DNA of 64,000 bases from Octopus vulgaris (taxonomy: Eukaryota), in contig OX597823.1 in NCBI GenBank assembly GCA_951406725.2, positions 46,438,001-46,502,000 on the forward strand, read 5' to 3'. Positions 13,647 through 27,834 of this stretch are shown here, piece after piece (the stretch's first letter is position 1; each line of letters starts with the position of its first letter). The position numbers and the translations under genes are program-made. The notes beneath the pieces are model-generated. The model worked only from the letters and a program-made list of their open reading frames with translations, was not told the origin of the DNA and did not search any database.

Positions 13647-13862
13647 CACGTGGCTTAGTGGTTAGGGTGTCAATATCATGATCGTAAGCTTGTGGTTTCG
13701 ATTCTTGGATCGGGCGACGCGTTGTGTTCTTGAGCAAAACACTTCATTTCACGTTGCTCCAGTCCACGCAGCAGGCAAAAATGAGTAACGCTACGATGGA
13801 CTGGCGTCCCGTCCAGCTGGGGAACACATACGCCATAGTAACCGGGAAACCGGGCCCTTGAG
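13643..13862 (+). mobile_element. tRNA-derived SINE family C
   Basis: tggcttagtggttagg A box, gtttcgattc B box, ttgtgttcttgagcaaaacactt, gatggactggcgtcccgtccag. Other copies at 45369, 50140 and 51054. Confidence 0.85.
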
Positions 13863-14173
13863 TTATAACATTATTCTAACACAACGACTTAAATATATTC
13901 TTTAACCTTATAACACAAGCCTTCTGTAGTTTTTTTTCACTCTTTTTTATTATATATATAACAAAACCGATGGAATATGGAATATACGAGAAACTTTATT
14001 GATGACAACGATCGTTTCGACCCATCTTGAATCGAGCCGTCATAGGTGGGATACTGTACAACTGGCTGTGGTGCATTGAAGAAGCGTCTCGACATGTTTT
14101 ACAAGGGATGTATCGTTATTTAAACCTTGCTTCGCTTGGTTTTAGTATAACCATGCTGTTAGTGACCGCAGGT

Positions 14174-14246
<73 letters not shown>

Positions 14247-14347
14247 GTTAATCCAAACATGCAAACACAAAGAGAAAACACAACAACGCGAGGACGTGGA
14301 ACAAGTATAGTGTTATTGGACGCTCAGGAAAGGAAAGGAAGAAGGAG

Positions 14348-14383
14348 GATTTAACGTTTCGAGCGGAGCTCTTCGTCAGAAAC
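14348..14383 (-). ncRNA. Minimal (PLE-type) hammerhead ribozyme motif within a ~200-bp repeat (14250-14453)
   Basis: Minus strand GUUU-CUGACGA-A-GAGC/UCC/GCUC-GAAA-CG-UU-AAAU: intact core, 4-bp stem II, palindromic stem III, 4-bp stem I. Confidence 0.7.
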
Positions 14384-14474
14384 ATAGAAAAAGGAAAGAT
14401 CCAAGGAAGGGAAGATGGAGGAAAAAAATCGCCAACGAAACACATGCGGTTACATATATATATGTGTGTGTATG

Positions 14475-14528
<54 letters not shown>

Positions 14529-14637
14529 GGTCCCGGGTTGAGTCGGGGTTAACCACAGTAAATAAGGTATATATATATATGTATATAAGTATATATGCAT
14601 GAATGAATATTTAACTATGCGTTTGTAAGTACGCACA

Positions 14638-14859
14638 TACGAGGTGGGGCTGAAAAGTTCCTAGCTTCAAGAATGCCGCGATAGGGATTGGTTGGAAGCC
14701 CAGCCTTCCGATTTCTTTTACAGGTGTTAGAAAACCTGAAGGGCAGCTGCAGTAAGTCTGTGAATGTAAGAGGGGAATACAATGAATAAAATCATAAATT
14801 ACTGATCCTCCTGTAGTTTCTCACAATAAAAGCCGGGAACTTTTCAGCACCCTTTCGTA
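14638..14859 (+). mobile_element. Mariner MITE (~220 bp)
   Basis: TA-flanked TIRs tacgaggtggggctgaaaagttcc / ggaacttttcagcaccctttcgta; interior resembles a transposase C-terminus (…VNVRGEYNE*). Confidence 0.8.
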
Positions 14860-14879
14860 TTATATTATTTTTTTATCCT

Positions 14880-15082
14880 CTTATTTGCGGCCATGCTGGA
14901 TCACCACATTTAGTGGAACATATCGCCTCGAGGACTTATTCTTTGTAAGCCTAGTACATATTCTATCGGCGTCTTATGCCTAACCGAGAAGATACGGAGA
15001 CGTAAACACACTAGCATCGGTTGTCAAGCGATGTTGGGGGGGGTTTAGCATACACAAACGCACACACACACAGACACACACG

Positions 15083-15114
<32 letters not shown>

Positions 15115-15225
15115 CGACGTCCCGAGGCTATAGCAGAAGATACTTGCCCAAGGTGCCACGCAGTGGGACTGAACCTGGAACCACGTGGCTGGTAAGCAAG
15201 CTACTTACCACATAGCCACTCCTCT
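14880..15225 (-). mobile_element. SINE family B
   Basis: Reverse complement of the family-B head and tail. Confidence 0.85.
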
Positions 15226-15356
15226 ATCTTATACTTCTGTCAGTCATCAGAAAGCGGTCATGCTGAGGCACATTTGCATCTATCTTCACACACACAAACA
15301 CATACACACTCACACGTATGTATGTATGTATGTATGTATGTATGTATGTATGTATG

Positions 15357-15387
<31 letters not shown>

Positions 15388-15440
15388 GTATGCATGTATG
15401 TAAGTATGCATGTATGTAAGTATGCATGTATGTAAGTATG

Positions 15441-15471
<31 letters not shown>

Positions 15472-15862
15472 GTATGCATGTATGTAAGTATGCATGTATG
15501 TAAGTATGCATGTATGTAAGTATGTATGTATGTATGTATGTATGTATGTATGTATGTGTGTATGTGTGTATGTATGTATGTATGTATGTATGTGTGTAAG
15601 TATGCATGTATGTATGTGTAAATGTATGTGTGTGTATGTATGGGTGTATGTATGCATGTATGCACATGAAATGCTACACACCAAAGACAGGAATTAATCT
15701 TTAAATTATATAAAAAGAAAACTGTAAGAAAATTTAAAGTAATTTGTGTATATCATGTGAATGCTATTGGAGCATCAGTATCACCTTGTAACACGTCCAT
15801 ACATTCACACGCATCTATGTGTGCATGTGTGTGAGAGAATGTGTATATGTGCATACACACAC

Positions 15863-15910
<48 letters not shown>

Positions 15911-15911
<1 letters not shown>

Positions 15912-17318
15912 GCAACAAGTATATCCAAGGTAAAGTAGTACAATTGTTTCCTTCTCATTATATATTTCATATATATATAATTTCATTATATATACAAATC
16001 TGAATATAATGAAATTAGAATTTTTTTATTGATACTCTCCTATATAGGATGGAATAAAATTCCATATATCTAGGGAAATTACTTGGTTCATCTTGATTAC
16101 CTCCCTTCTATTACTTTTTAATATATCTTATTAACTCCTGATATATGTGATAAATCAATAAAGTTTTATTTTCCACAGTTAGTAAATATATTATGTCTAA
16201 CATATTCTTTTAATTCGACTCATTAATAAAAGAAATCACCATTTACTAGCTAATTATGATTCTATATTAATAGAAATGGATATATATATTTATATAAAAA
16301 TGAAATAATTGCATAAAATTCTATATATCTAGAGAAATTACTTGGTTCATCTTGATTACCTCCCTTCCTTTACTTTTTAATATATCTTATTGACTCTTGA
16401 TATATGTGATAAATTAATAAAGTTTTATTTTCCACAGTTAGTAAATATTATGTCTAACATTTTCTTTTAATTCAACTCATTAATTCATTAATAAAATAAA
16501 TCACCATTTACTAGCTAATTATGATTATATATTAATAGAAATGGATATATATATATTTATATATTTATATAGATATGAAATGATTTCTATATTTTCTATC
16601 CCTATACAAGATACTAATATTTATTGAAATCCTTTAGAAAATTATCTATAGGATATTTACTTAAATTTCTTAACATAGAATCTGGATGTTAAATGGTAAG
16701 GGACATTGAAAATCTCTAGAGCACTAGTAGTCTATGTTTCCCCTACCCCTCTAACCTCAACCTACTAGCTTTTTGCTATAATACATTCAAATGTATCTCA
16801 ACTGAATTCCTCAAAATGGGAATGGGTTTATGGTTTTGACATTTGTACTACCCCTTCCTATATCTATAAGTAGAAAAAATTATTTGTCTCCATTCAATCA
16901 GAAATAACACACCTCCCCACTGACAGATCTAAATAACAAAGTGAACTCAATGATAAAATCTACAATCAGAGAGTGAACATACTGCTATCATGTTCTTAAG
17001 AATGAAATCAACCTCTCTGTCTATATATCTACCCTCTTTATAATGTTGACAAATGAAATAGGGATAAGAATGTGCATTGTCCGTTTGATTGGAAGATTCT
17101 ATAAGTGGCTGAAGATTGCTCGACATTTTAAAACTGATGTAATACTTAGTGTTTAATAAAATGAAGTAGCATGAAACAATTGTACTACTCTACCTTCGAT
17201 ATACCTGTTGCTTATTTTGATTATAATCACCCCATTTAATTTATATGGATAATACCATACAACATTCTGATGCCTTTGACTTAAGTACCATATTCATCTG
17301 AATCTAAATTTTGCTGAA

Positions 17319-17320
<2 letters not shown>
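15911..17320 (+). mobile_element. Penelope-like pseudo-LTR remnant with inverted end, internal ~259-bp tandem duplication and hammerhead motif
   Basis: Lies between (TA)n tracts. 39-bp inverted repeat 15912-15950/17173-17211; tandem 16054-16312/16313-~16590; hammerhead core at 17104-17189. Confidence 0.6.
17104..17189 (+). ncRNA. PLE-type hammerhead ribozyme motif with long stem II
   Basis: AGUGG-CUGAAGA-U-UGCU…AGCA-U-GAAA-CAAUUG-UA-CUACU: palindromic stem III, 5-bp stem I. Confidence 0.6.
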
Positions 17321-17369
<49 letters not shown>

Positions 17370-17785
17370 CTCTCTTTTTCTCCTTTACTCTTTTACATGT
17401 TTCAGTCATTTGACTGTGGCCATGCTGGAGCACCGCCTTTAGTCGAGCAAATCGACCCCAGGACTTATTCTTTGGATGCCTTGTACTTATTCTATCGGTC
17501 CCTTTGCCGAACCGCTAAGTCACGGGGACGTAACACACCACCATCGGTTGTCAAACGATGTTGAGGGGAGGACAAACACAGACATGCAAACATATAGACA
17601 TATACATATATGTATATATACGATGGGCTTCTTTCAGTTTCCATCTACCAAATCCACTCACAAGGCTTTGGTCGGCCCGAGGCTATAGTAGAAGATACTT
17701 GACCAAGGTGCCACGCAGTGGGACTGAACCCGGAACCACATAGTTCGTAAGCAAGCTACTTACCACACAGCCACTCCTACGCCTA
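17370..17785 (-). mobile_element. SINE family B, full-length
   Basis: Reverse complement of the 11400-11800 copy. Confidence 0.9.
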
Positions 17786-17940
17786 TATTGATAAGTACCA
17801 TGCAGAAAAGTACCATCCTATATTTTGCGAGAATCCGCAGGAAAATTCTTAAGATTTGAAGAAACTTATTGCCACAAAACCTCGAGTTAAAATACCTGCT
17901 AACTAAATCATCACACACTAGCGTAGTAGTAGTAGCAGCA

Positions 17941-19372
<1,432 letters not shown>

Positions 19373-19382
19373 AAATAATAAT

Positions 19383-19446
<64 letters not shown>

Positions 19447-19454
19447 TAATAATA

Positions 19455-21805
19455 AAATTATCTACAGAACTGGACCCCTTAGAAGAGCAAAAGTGGGAGG
19501 GTGTCAAGGTAGAAGATATAAGATCTGCTCTCAGGAGGTCAAGCAAATGGAAGTCTCCAGGAAAGGATAAAATTCCTAACTTCTGGCTGAATGCCTTCCC
19601 AGAGAGCCATGAACTGCTAACAGAACTGTACAATGATGTTTTGCAACACCCTAGTAGGATGCCTCCTTGGCTAGTTAATGGGTTAACATTCCTGCTTCCA
19701 AAAAGTGAAGAAACAAATGAACCAAAAAACTATAGACCCATAACTTGCTTAACAACTATGTACAAAACACTAACATCTGTCCTGACGGAATATACCTATA
19801 GTTTTTTAACAGACAGCAGCATATTCCCTAATGAACAGAAAGGATGTAAACGTGGATCCTACGGCTGTAAAGACCAACTACTCATCAATAAGATGATCTT
19901 AGAAGATTGTCACAAACGACACAAAAACTTATCAATAGCCTGGATAGACTATAAAAAGGCTTTTGATAGCCTACCACATAGCTGGATTAGAAAATGCCTT
20001 GAAATGTATAAGATAGCACCAACTCTGCGAAACTTCTTGACTGTAAGTATGAGATCATGGAGAACCACACTAACTCTGAACAGTGACAGTGAATTCCTAA
20101 ATGCTGGTGATGTAAAAATTTCGTGTGGCATTTTCCAGGGTGACTCACTGTCACCACTCCTCTTTTGTTTATCCTTAATACCTCTCTCAAAGCTGCTCAA
20201 TGACGCGCAGTACGGGTATAAAATGTTTGATAAAAATATAAATCATCTCGTTTACATGGATGATTTAAAGCTTTTTGCAAAAAATGATCAACAACTCAAG
20301 GGCTTACTAGCGATAGTCAAACAATTCAGTGACGACATCAGAATGCAATTCGGCCTCGATAAATGTGCAAAGGCTACCTTTATCAAAGGAAAAATGACAG
20401 AAACATCTAACGTTAACCTTGACCAACAGAATGTCATAAAAGAACTAGACCCAGCGGAGAGCTACAAGTACCTAGGGATAATTGAAGGGAACGGAATAAG
20501 GCATTCAGAGATGAAGGAAAGGATCAGGAGAGAATGCTATCGAAGAGTGAGAGCAATACTCAAGACAGAGCTGAATGCAAGAAACAGGATCGAAGCAATC
20601 AATGCATTAGCTATACCAGTCGTGACTTACAGTTTCAATATTGTTAACTGGTCAATTACTGAAATATGTCAGCTCGACAGAAAAATAAGGAAACTGTTGA
20701 CAATGCATAGAATGCACCACCCTAAGGCAGATACAGAACGACTCTATCTGCCAAGAAAAGAGGAGGCCGTGGTCTTTTGCAACTGGCAATAACAATGAAG
20801 ATTGCTACAATTGGCCTAGACACCTACCTGAAAAACTCTGAGGACTGGATGCTAAAACTTGTCTCAAAACATGAAAACAAGAAAGCATCATACTCAGTCA
20901 CAAAACAGGCAAAGGAATATCTAAGTGAATTCCGAATACAACCAATTTCGGAGATAGATATACAAGAAACAAGCACAGAAAAAGCTAGGCGCATGAAAAC
21001 CCGAGCCAAAACTGCGGCCTTAGATATTCTGAATAATAAATGGCAAGAAAAACCTCTCTATGGCAAATACCCAAAGAGAGCGAATAATGCAGATATCGAC
21101 AAAGCCCTGACCCATCAATGGCTAATGGCCTCTGGCTTAAAATCTGAAACAGAGGGGTTTATCATAGCAGCTCAAGATCAATGCCTACCAACAAGAAACT
21201 ACCAGGCCAACATATTAAAGATCAGAAGCAGTCCAACGTGTCGTGTATGCAAGCAACAAAATGAAACCATTGACCATGTGGTCTCCAAGTGCAGTCTTCT
21301 AGCGCCTACAGAGTATCTCAACAGGCACGATAGAGCTGCACAATATATTCACTGGGTAATCTGTAAAAACCTGGATTTGCCCCATGAAAAAAACTGGTGG
21401 GAACACAAACCACCCCCAGTGCTTGAAAATGACCACATCTCACTCCTCTGGAACTTCACCATTCAAACTGACAGGAAGATAGATGCAAATAGGCCAGACA
21501 TCATATTGAAAAACTTCAAACAAAGAACATGCCTCCTCATTGATATGACTGTCCCAATCGATATAAACGTATCTGTCAAGACCTACCAAAAACTGAGCAA
21601 ATATAAAGATCTTGAAATAGAAATCAGCAAAATGTGGAAGCTGAAGACTAAAACAATACCTGTTGTCATAGGTGCCCTGGGAATGATAGCAAAAGGGGCT
21701 GATAGCTACCTAACTCAGATACCAGGAAACCCAAAAATGGCAGAAGTTCAAAAGATAGTGCTCATGGGAACTGCTCATATCCTACGCAAAATACTCTCTA
21801 TGTAA
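19455..21805 (+). pseudogene. Retrotransposon ORF (RT-REL) split by one 1-nt deletion at ~20762
   Basis: ORFs 19305-20792 and 20777-21805 join as LPRKEGGRGLLQL if one G is restored; no other stop. The N-terminal poly-N is the AAT tract. Confidence 0.9.
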
Positions 21806-22030
21806 TCTCAAGGTTTAAAACAAACATAATTTTCGGTTTAAAAAAAAAAAAAAAAAAAAACTTTTTTTTTTTTTCTTTTTAGACATTCATTAGTACAACA
21901 TCCCCACCCCCCAAATATATGGCACACTAGGCATAACAACAACATGAACTTCCAACCCTGTTGTCTCTTGAGGTCTCTGGGTGAGACTTGGAGCCAACTT
22001 GTACAAATATAAAGCAAAAGTCAAACATAG
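19455..22030 (+). mobile_element. 5'-truncated R4/Dong-clade non-LTR retrotransposon, RT + CCHC + REL endonuclease, near intact
   Basis: RT motifs YRPITCL, DYKKAFDS, GIFQGDSLSPLLF, YMDD, YKYLG; CRVC…H…C knuckle; RPD…D…KLSKY REL motif; 3' UTR ends directly in (AAT)n. Confidence 0.95.
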
Positions 22031-22086
22031 AATAATAATAATAATAGTAATAATAGTAATAATGATAATAATAATAATAATAATAA

Positions 22087-22514
22087 TTGGTTGAAACACA
22101 AACAACCTCCGGTGCCCCAATCGACATAAAGGTATTTGTCAGGATCTACCAAAAACTGAGCAAGTATAAAGATCCTGAAATAGAAATTGGCAAAATGTGG
22201 AACCTCGAGACTAAGACAATACCTGTTGTCACAGGCATTGAAAGGACTGATAGCAAAATGGACTGGTTCCTACCTAGCTCAGATACTAGGAAACCCCAAA
22301 TTGGCAGAAATTCAAAAGATAGTGTTCATTGGAACTACTCATACCCTACGTAGAATACTGTCTATGTAATCTCAAATTTAAAAACAAACTTCTCTTGAAC
22401 AATACTATGTGCAAAACCAAATATATGACACCCTAGGCATAACAGCAACTTGAACTTCTAATTTGTCTAATTTGGAGTCAACTAGTACAAATACAAAGCA
22501 AAAGTCAAACATAG
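22087..22514 (+). mobile_element. Short 3' fragment of the same Dong-like family as 19455-22030
   Basis: PIDIKVFVRIYQKLSKYKDPEIEI…GTTHTLRRILSM*; same terminus caaaagtcaaacatag-(AAT)n. Confidence 0.92.
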
Positions 22515-22556
22515 AATAATAATAATTGTTGTTATAATGATAATAACAATAATAAT

Positions 22557-23021
22557 GCAGTACCAGACAGTGGCTCTTATGGATTCTGATCTTAACTGAT
22601 TGGAAGTGCAATCATGTACATTGTTTTGTCTTGGTATAAAAGATGGGCTACAGCAAATATTCTGCTCAATACCACAGACTTGCTTGTCAGTTGTTTGACC
22701 TTAACCAGTTGAGCATGTCCCTTAGTGTTGAGAGGAATTCTTTGGGGTTTGGATAATTCATTTTGAAAGGATGGGTGTTTCATTCAACATCTTTAAACAA
22801 CTCTTATTCAGAGATGGGCAACTCGACCTGAAGAAAATTCTTACTGGGCTCCCACCTGCAAGGTCATGCTTTGTTTATCATGATATGAGATCACCAAATC
22901 GCGCAATAATGTCGTGATTCATGTAACTGGTGTGCTCCTATTAGACGGATAGTCATGATGAGTATACTGGAATTCTTATATCTTATCCCAGTGTCACTTC
23001 GATGGCAAGCACTGCTCTCTC
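22557..23021 (+). mobile_element. Non-coding (AAT)n-bounded element, probably a 3' UTR or non-autonomous partner of another Dong-like family
   Basis: Complex sequence between two AAT tracts, ending ctgctctctc-(AAT)n like its neighbours; no recognisable ORF. Confidence 0.5.
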
Positions 23022-23075
<54 letters not shown>

Positions 23076-23514
23076 CCTTTTTACTATAGGCACATTGCTT
23101 GGATCTTGTGGGGAAGAGGACAGTCGACCACATCGATCCCAGTACTCAACTGTCTCTTAATTTACCGACTTCGGGAGGATGAAAGGTAAAGTTGAACTCG
23201 GCGAAATTTGAACTTAGAACGTAGCGACAGGCGAAATATAGCTAAGTATTTCGCCCGGCTTGCTAACGATTCTGCCAGCTCATCGCTTTAATAATAAACC
23301 TTTCAAATAAAGGTACAAGACCTGAAATTTTGTAAGGAGGGGAATAGTCGATTAAATGGACCCTAATGTTTCACTGGTACTTGACTTATCGATACCCGAA
23401 AGGATGAAAGACAAAGCCGACCTCGGCGGAATTTGAACCCAGAACATAAAGACGGACGATATGTTGCTAAGCATTTTGCCTAGCGTACTAACGATTCTGC
23501 CAGCTCACTGCCTT
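23076..23514 (-). mobile_element. Two older SINE family A copies (a third at 23963-24134)
   Basis: Family-A core and head, diverged. Confidence 0.85.
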
Positions 23515-23529
23515 AACAACAACAACAAC

Positions 23530-23572
<43 letters not shown>

Positions 23573-23654
23573 TAAACACTGAAACTGTAAAACACGAAGA
23601 CATTCCCAACAAACATTCCCAACAAACACGATGTAAACAACGAAGGGGAGCCTA

Positions 23655-23910
23655 ATGATTATTCCAATCATAGTAGGTGCATTAGGCATGATAAAAAAAT
23701 ATTCAGACAAATACATAACAAAAACACCAGGACTTACAAACACATATAACATACAGAAAATTGCACTACTAGGCACTGCACACATCCTACGCAGAACACT
23801 TTCCATACAATAACCATCAGAGCATCACAACAAATCACAGCACATACCCAAGGCACACAGAGCTGCGCTCGGTAGTGAAGTGAAAGCACGCTATAAAAAT
23901 AAAACTACTG
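23655..23910 (+). mobile_element. 3' end of a third R4/Dong-type subfamily
   Basis: IPIIVGALGMIKKYSDKYITKTPGLTNTYNIQKIALLGTAHILRRTLSIQ*, a distinct 3' UTR, then (AAT)n. Confidence 0.88.
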
Positions 23911-24133
23911 AATAATAATAATAATAATAATAACAACAACAACAATAATAATTACAATAATAATTTTGGCACAAGGCCAGCAATATCAGGGTAGGGTGCA
24001 AGTCTATTACAGCGACCCCAGTGATCAACTAGTACTTATTTTATCGAAACCGAAAGAATGAAAGGCCTCGGCGAAATCTGAACTCAGACCATGAAGACAG
24101 ACGATATGCCGCTAAGCGTTTTGCCCGACATGC

Positions 24134-24173
<40 letters not shown>

Positions 24174-24312
24174 TCTATTGACAGTCACCTCCAAATGATT
24201 TATTTAAACGATCTAATTGTATACTTCTAATGAATCCTTTCTCCAGTCAATAATCACATTTCTCTTGTAAAAAAAAAAGCATCCTTTATGCTATGTGTGT
24301 GTGCTGAATGTC

Positions 24313-24381
<69 letters not shown>

Positions 24382-24420
24382 GTGCATGCCTGTATGTATA
24401 TATCTGTGTATATTTGTGAA

Positions 24421-24468
<48 letters not shown>

Positions 24469-24507
24469 GCATCCATCTACCTACATAAATCTATCTATTT
24501 GTATATG

Positions 24508-24555
<48 letters not shown>

Positions 24556-24700
24556 GGCATGTGTAAACATAAATGTATATGTATTTATATGTATTTATAA
24601 ATGTATATATCTCTGTGTCTGTGTGCGTATATGATAAACATATACATATTTACTCACACACACTCACAGAGAGAGAGAGAGAGTGAGAAACAGGTAGAAG

Positions 24701-24754
<54 letters not shown>

Positions 24755-24759
24755 TATAA

Positions 24760-24845
<86 letters not shown>

Positions 24846-25281
24846 TGCTATGTATGTATGTATTATGTATGTATCCACGTTAGCAGATAGAATATGAGAC
24901 TGATATAGGTTTGTGAAGGTAAGGAAGGCAGGAATACACGCATATTCAAAAGAAAGTGGTTAGCTGGGGGAAGCGAAGAAGAATTCCAGGAACTGCAGAA
25001 AGGAATAAGAGAGAGGATAAATATTGAACAAAAGAGTTAAGAAGAGAGAAAAGAAAGAATGAAGGAGAAAGAGGAGAGACAGAGAGGAGAGAGAGAGAGA
25101 TGTTGAAGAAAGACAGACAAGAGGAATGAAAGAAAGAGAATGACGGAGAGAATGAGAAATTGTGTGCCATTAATGGAGGCTGTGGAGAGAAATAGCAGTG
25201 AGTGAAGTAGGGTCTGGGGTGAGAGGAAAAATAGGAGAAAGGAAGAGAAGGAATAGAGAGAGGATGCTAGCGAGAAGAAAA

Positions 25282-25342
<61 letters not shown>

Positions 25343-26039
25343 CAGAGGTGGGGAAAGAAAAAGAAATGTTGCAGGATATAATGAAAAGAGAAGAGAATTG
25401 GATAAAAGAAAAGTATAAAAATTAGACATTGAAACAGATTGAAGGATTGCAGAGTGTTGTACAGAGGAGAGACTGGAGAGAGAGGAGAATAACGATGTTG
25501 TAGGAAGACTGAGGAAAGAAGGGATGGCGACAAAAACCAGCAGACTGTTGTAATAAAAGCCGTCTGTGCAAGGAATAGCTAACAGACATGGCAAGATGAG
25601 CAACAATGGAAACTAGTGCGGCAGGTAAAGAGCTTTGATGTATATGGAAGCGAGGAAGAGAGAGCAGGAGATAGAGCGAGTAAGGGAGAAATTGTGGCAG
25701 ACGAATTGATGGAAGCGGTGCGGTGTAGGGAATCGAAAGGGTTGGAGCTTATTAAAAAGGAAGGTCAGTGAAAACTGTCTGAGTGCATCAGAACTGATGT
25801 GGAATATGGTTATGCTGAGAAAATAGAAAGCAGTGTATGGAGAACGCCGCAGAATTAGTTAATAGTCGTCAGGAGAAATACAAAAGAAAATGGCGATGTT
25901 GATAGCTGAATTGATGTAATAACATAGAGAATATATAGAACAGCTTGTTTAGAATATGACTGACAAATAAATGTGTATATAATCATTGGAAAATAATGAA
26001 AATAGTAGGAAAAACGGCAACAATAATATAATAATGTTT

Positions 26040-26330
26040 TCTTATACTGATATTAATCCTTAGGTATTTAAAGAAGAAGAAATAGGATTTTTTAAACTTC
26101 ATGTCATTTTTCTGAATGTGAGATTGAAATAGAGATAAATTTGTCTTCTTGTTAAGAGATTGACTATTTTATCTAGGAAAGAAATGCCATGATTGATGAT
26201 ATACAATACAGCAGAATGATCAAATATGAACTGTTGTTTAAGGTGTTTTCGGAATGAATCCATCATCAAAATCGAAAGGGACATACTCTCATGTCAGGAT
26301 TATTGTCTCAGTTCACGTCCTTATTAAACT
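26040..26330 (-). mobile_element. PLE RT/thumb remnant (purine-rich 24.9-26.0 kb may belong to similar debris)
   Basis: Minus-strand fragments FDDGFI, GISFLD and YLYFN resemble the PLE RT C-terminal half. Confidence 0.4.
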
Positions 26331-26556
26331 CTTACCGATGCGGTTCCTAAAAAGAGGGAGACACCTGATGCTATGACAACAGTCCTGGATACATTTAGTA
26401 GACTTCAATCATACACACTCGTTCATACACACACACACACACCACATACACACTAGTTCGTACTAATCCCTAAAATTATTCTTGCTCTTCCCTTCACTCC
26501 AATATCTTCCACTACTCCTTCAACAGCCCTTTGTCTTTTTGTCTGCCTCTCTCTCT

Positions 26557-26640
26557 CCCCCTCTTCCCCTCTCTCTTTTCCCCTCTTCCCCTCTCTCTTT
26601 TCCCCTCTTCCCCTCTCTCTTTTCCCCTCTTCCCCTCTCT
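26557..26640. repeat. Polypyrimidine minisatellite (cccctcttcccctctctctttt)~4
   Basis: Direct inspection. Confidence 0.85.
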
Positions 26641-27049
26641 CTCCCTCTTCTCCTCTCTCTCCCCCTATCCCCTCCCCTCCTCTTCCCCTCTCCCCCTCTT
26701 TTTCTGTTATTCTCCTCGCTGTGAACCTCTCACAACATTGAATCTATTCCATTTATTGTGGTGGGTTTCTTTCGATGTGCGAACGACAAGGTGAACCAAA
26801 CCACTGCTGCCGCCCCTAAAATCTCCCCAGTACGTTTTATAAGTGAATGGTAAATTGAATAGTAAAGCAATAATGCAGGTTTTGAGCGGGCTCTGCAGTC
26901 CTATTATCGGCAAGGCAGCCTCTGTATTGCTGGTGCTATGAAAAAAAATGCACCAGTAAACACAATAAATTGGACTAAAACTTTGGCCTCTGCGAATCAT
27001 CTACCTCATGCAAATATGGAAAACAGACATATATGATAATGATCATAAT

Positions 27050-27103
27050 GGACCAATGCCTTGTGAATGAATTTGGTAGACGGAAACTGAAAGAAGCCTG
27101 TCG

Positions 27104-27159
<56 letters not shown>

Positions 27160-27360
27160 TCCCCCTAGCATTGCTTGACAACCGATGCTGGTGTGTTTGC
27201 GTCCCCGTAACTTAGCAGTTCGGCAAAAGAGACCGATAGAATAAGTACTGGGCTTACAAAGAATAGGTCCCGGGGTCGATTTGCTCGACTAAAGGCGGTG
27301 CTCCAGCATGGCCGCAGTCAAATGACTGAAACAATTAAAGAGTAAAAGAGTAAAAAAGAG
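27050..27360 (+). mobile_element. 5'-truncated SINE family B
   Basis: Matches the 3' two-thirds of family B. Confidence 0.9.
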
Positions 27361-27502
27361 TATGTATGTATGTATGTATGTATGTATGTATGTATGTATG
27401 TATGAACATATATAATTATGTACGTAAATATATGTGTGTGTAGATATACACATATACATACATATATACAAACATATATATATATATTTATATAAAATAT
27501 AT

Positions 27503-27731
27503 GGCGGCGAGCTAGCAGAAACGTTAGCGCGCCGGGCGAAATGCTTAGCGGTATTTCGTCTGTCGTTACGTTCTGAGTTCAAATTCCGCCGAGGTCGACT
27601 TTGACTTTCATTCTCTCGAGGTCGATAAATAAAGTACCAGTTTCGCACTGGGTCGATGTAATCGACTTAATCCCTTTGTCTGTCCTTGTTTGTCCCCTCT
27701 ATGTTTAGCCCCTTGTGGGTAGTAAAGAAAT
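27503..27731 (+). mobile_element. SINE family A, full-length
   Basis: Family-A consensus; flanked by duplicated atatatttatataaaatatat. Confidence 0.92.
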
Positions 27732-27803
27732 ATATATTTATATAAAATATATATGTGTGTGTGTGTGTGCATAGATATGTACGTAAATATGTGTGTATAT
27801 ATA

Positions 27804-27834
<31 letters not shown>

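Noticed and set aside
25037-25606. 189-aa Ser/Leu/Phe-rich ORF resembling a membrane protein
   Set aside because: Compositional effect of purine/pyrimidine-skewed low-complexity DNA and a (GA)n tract.
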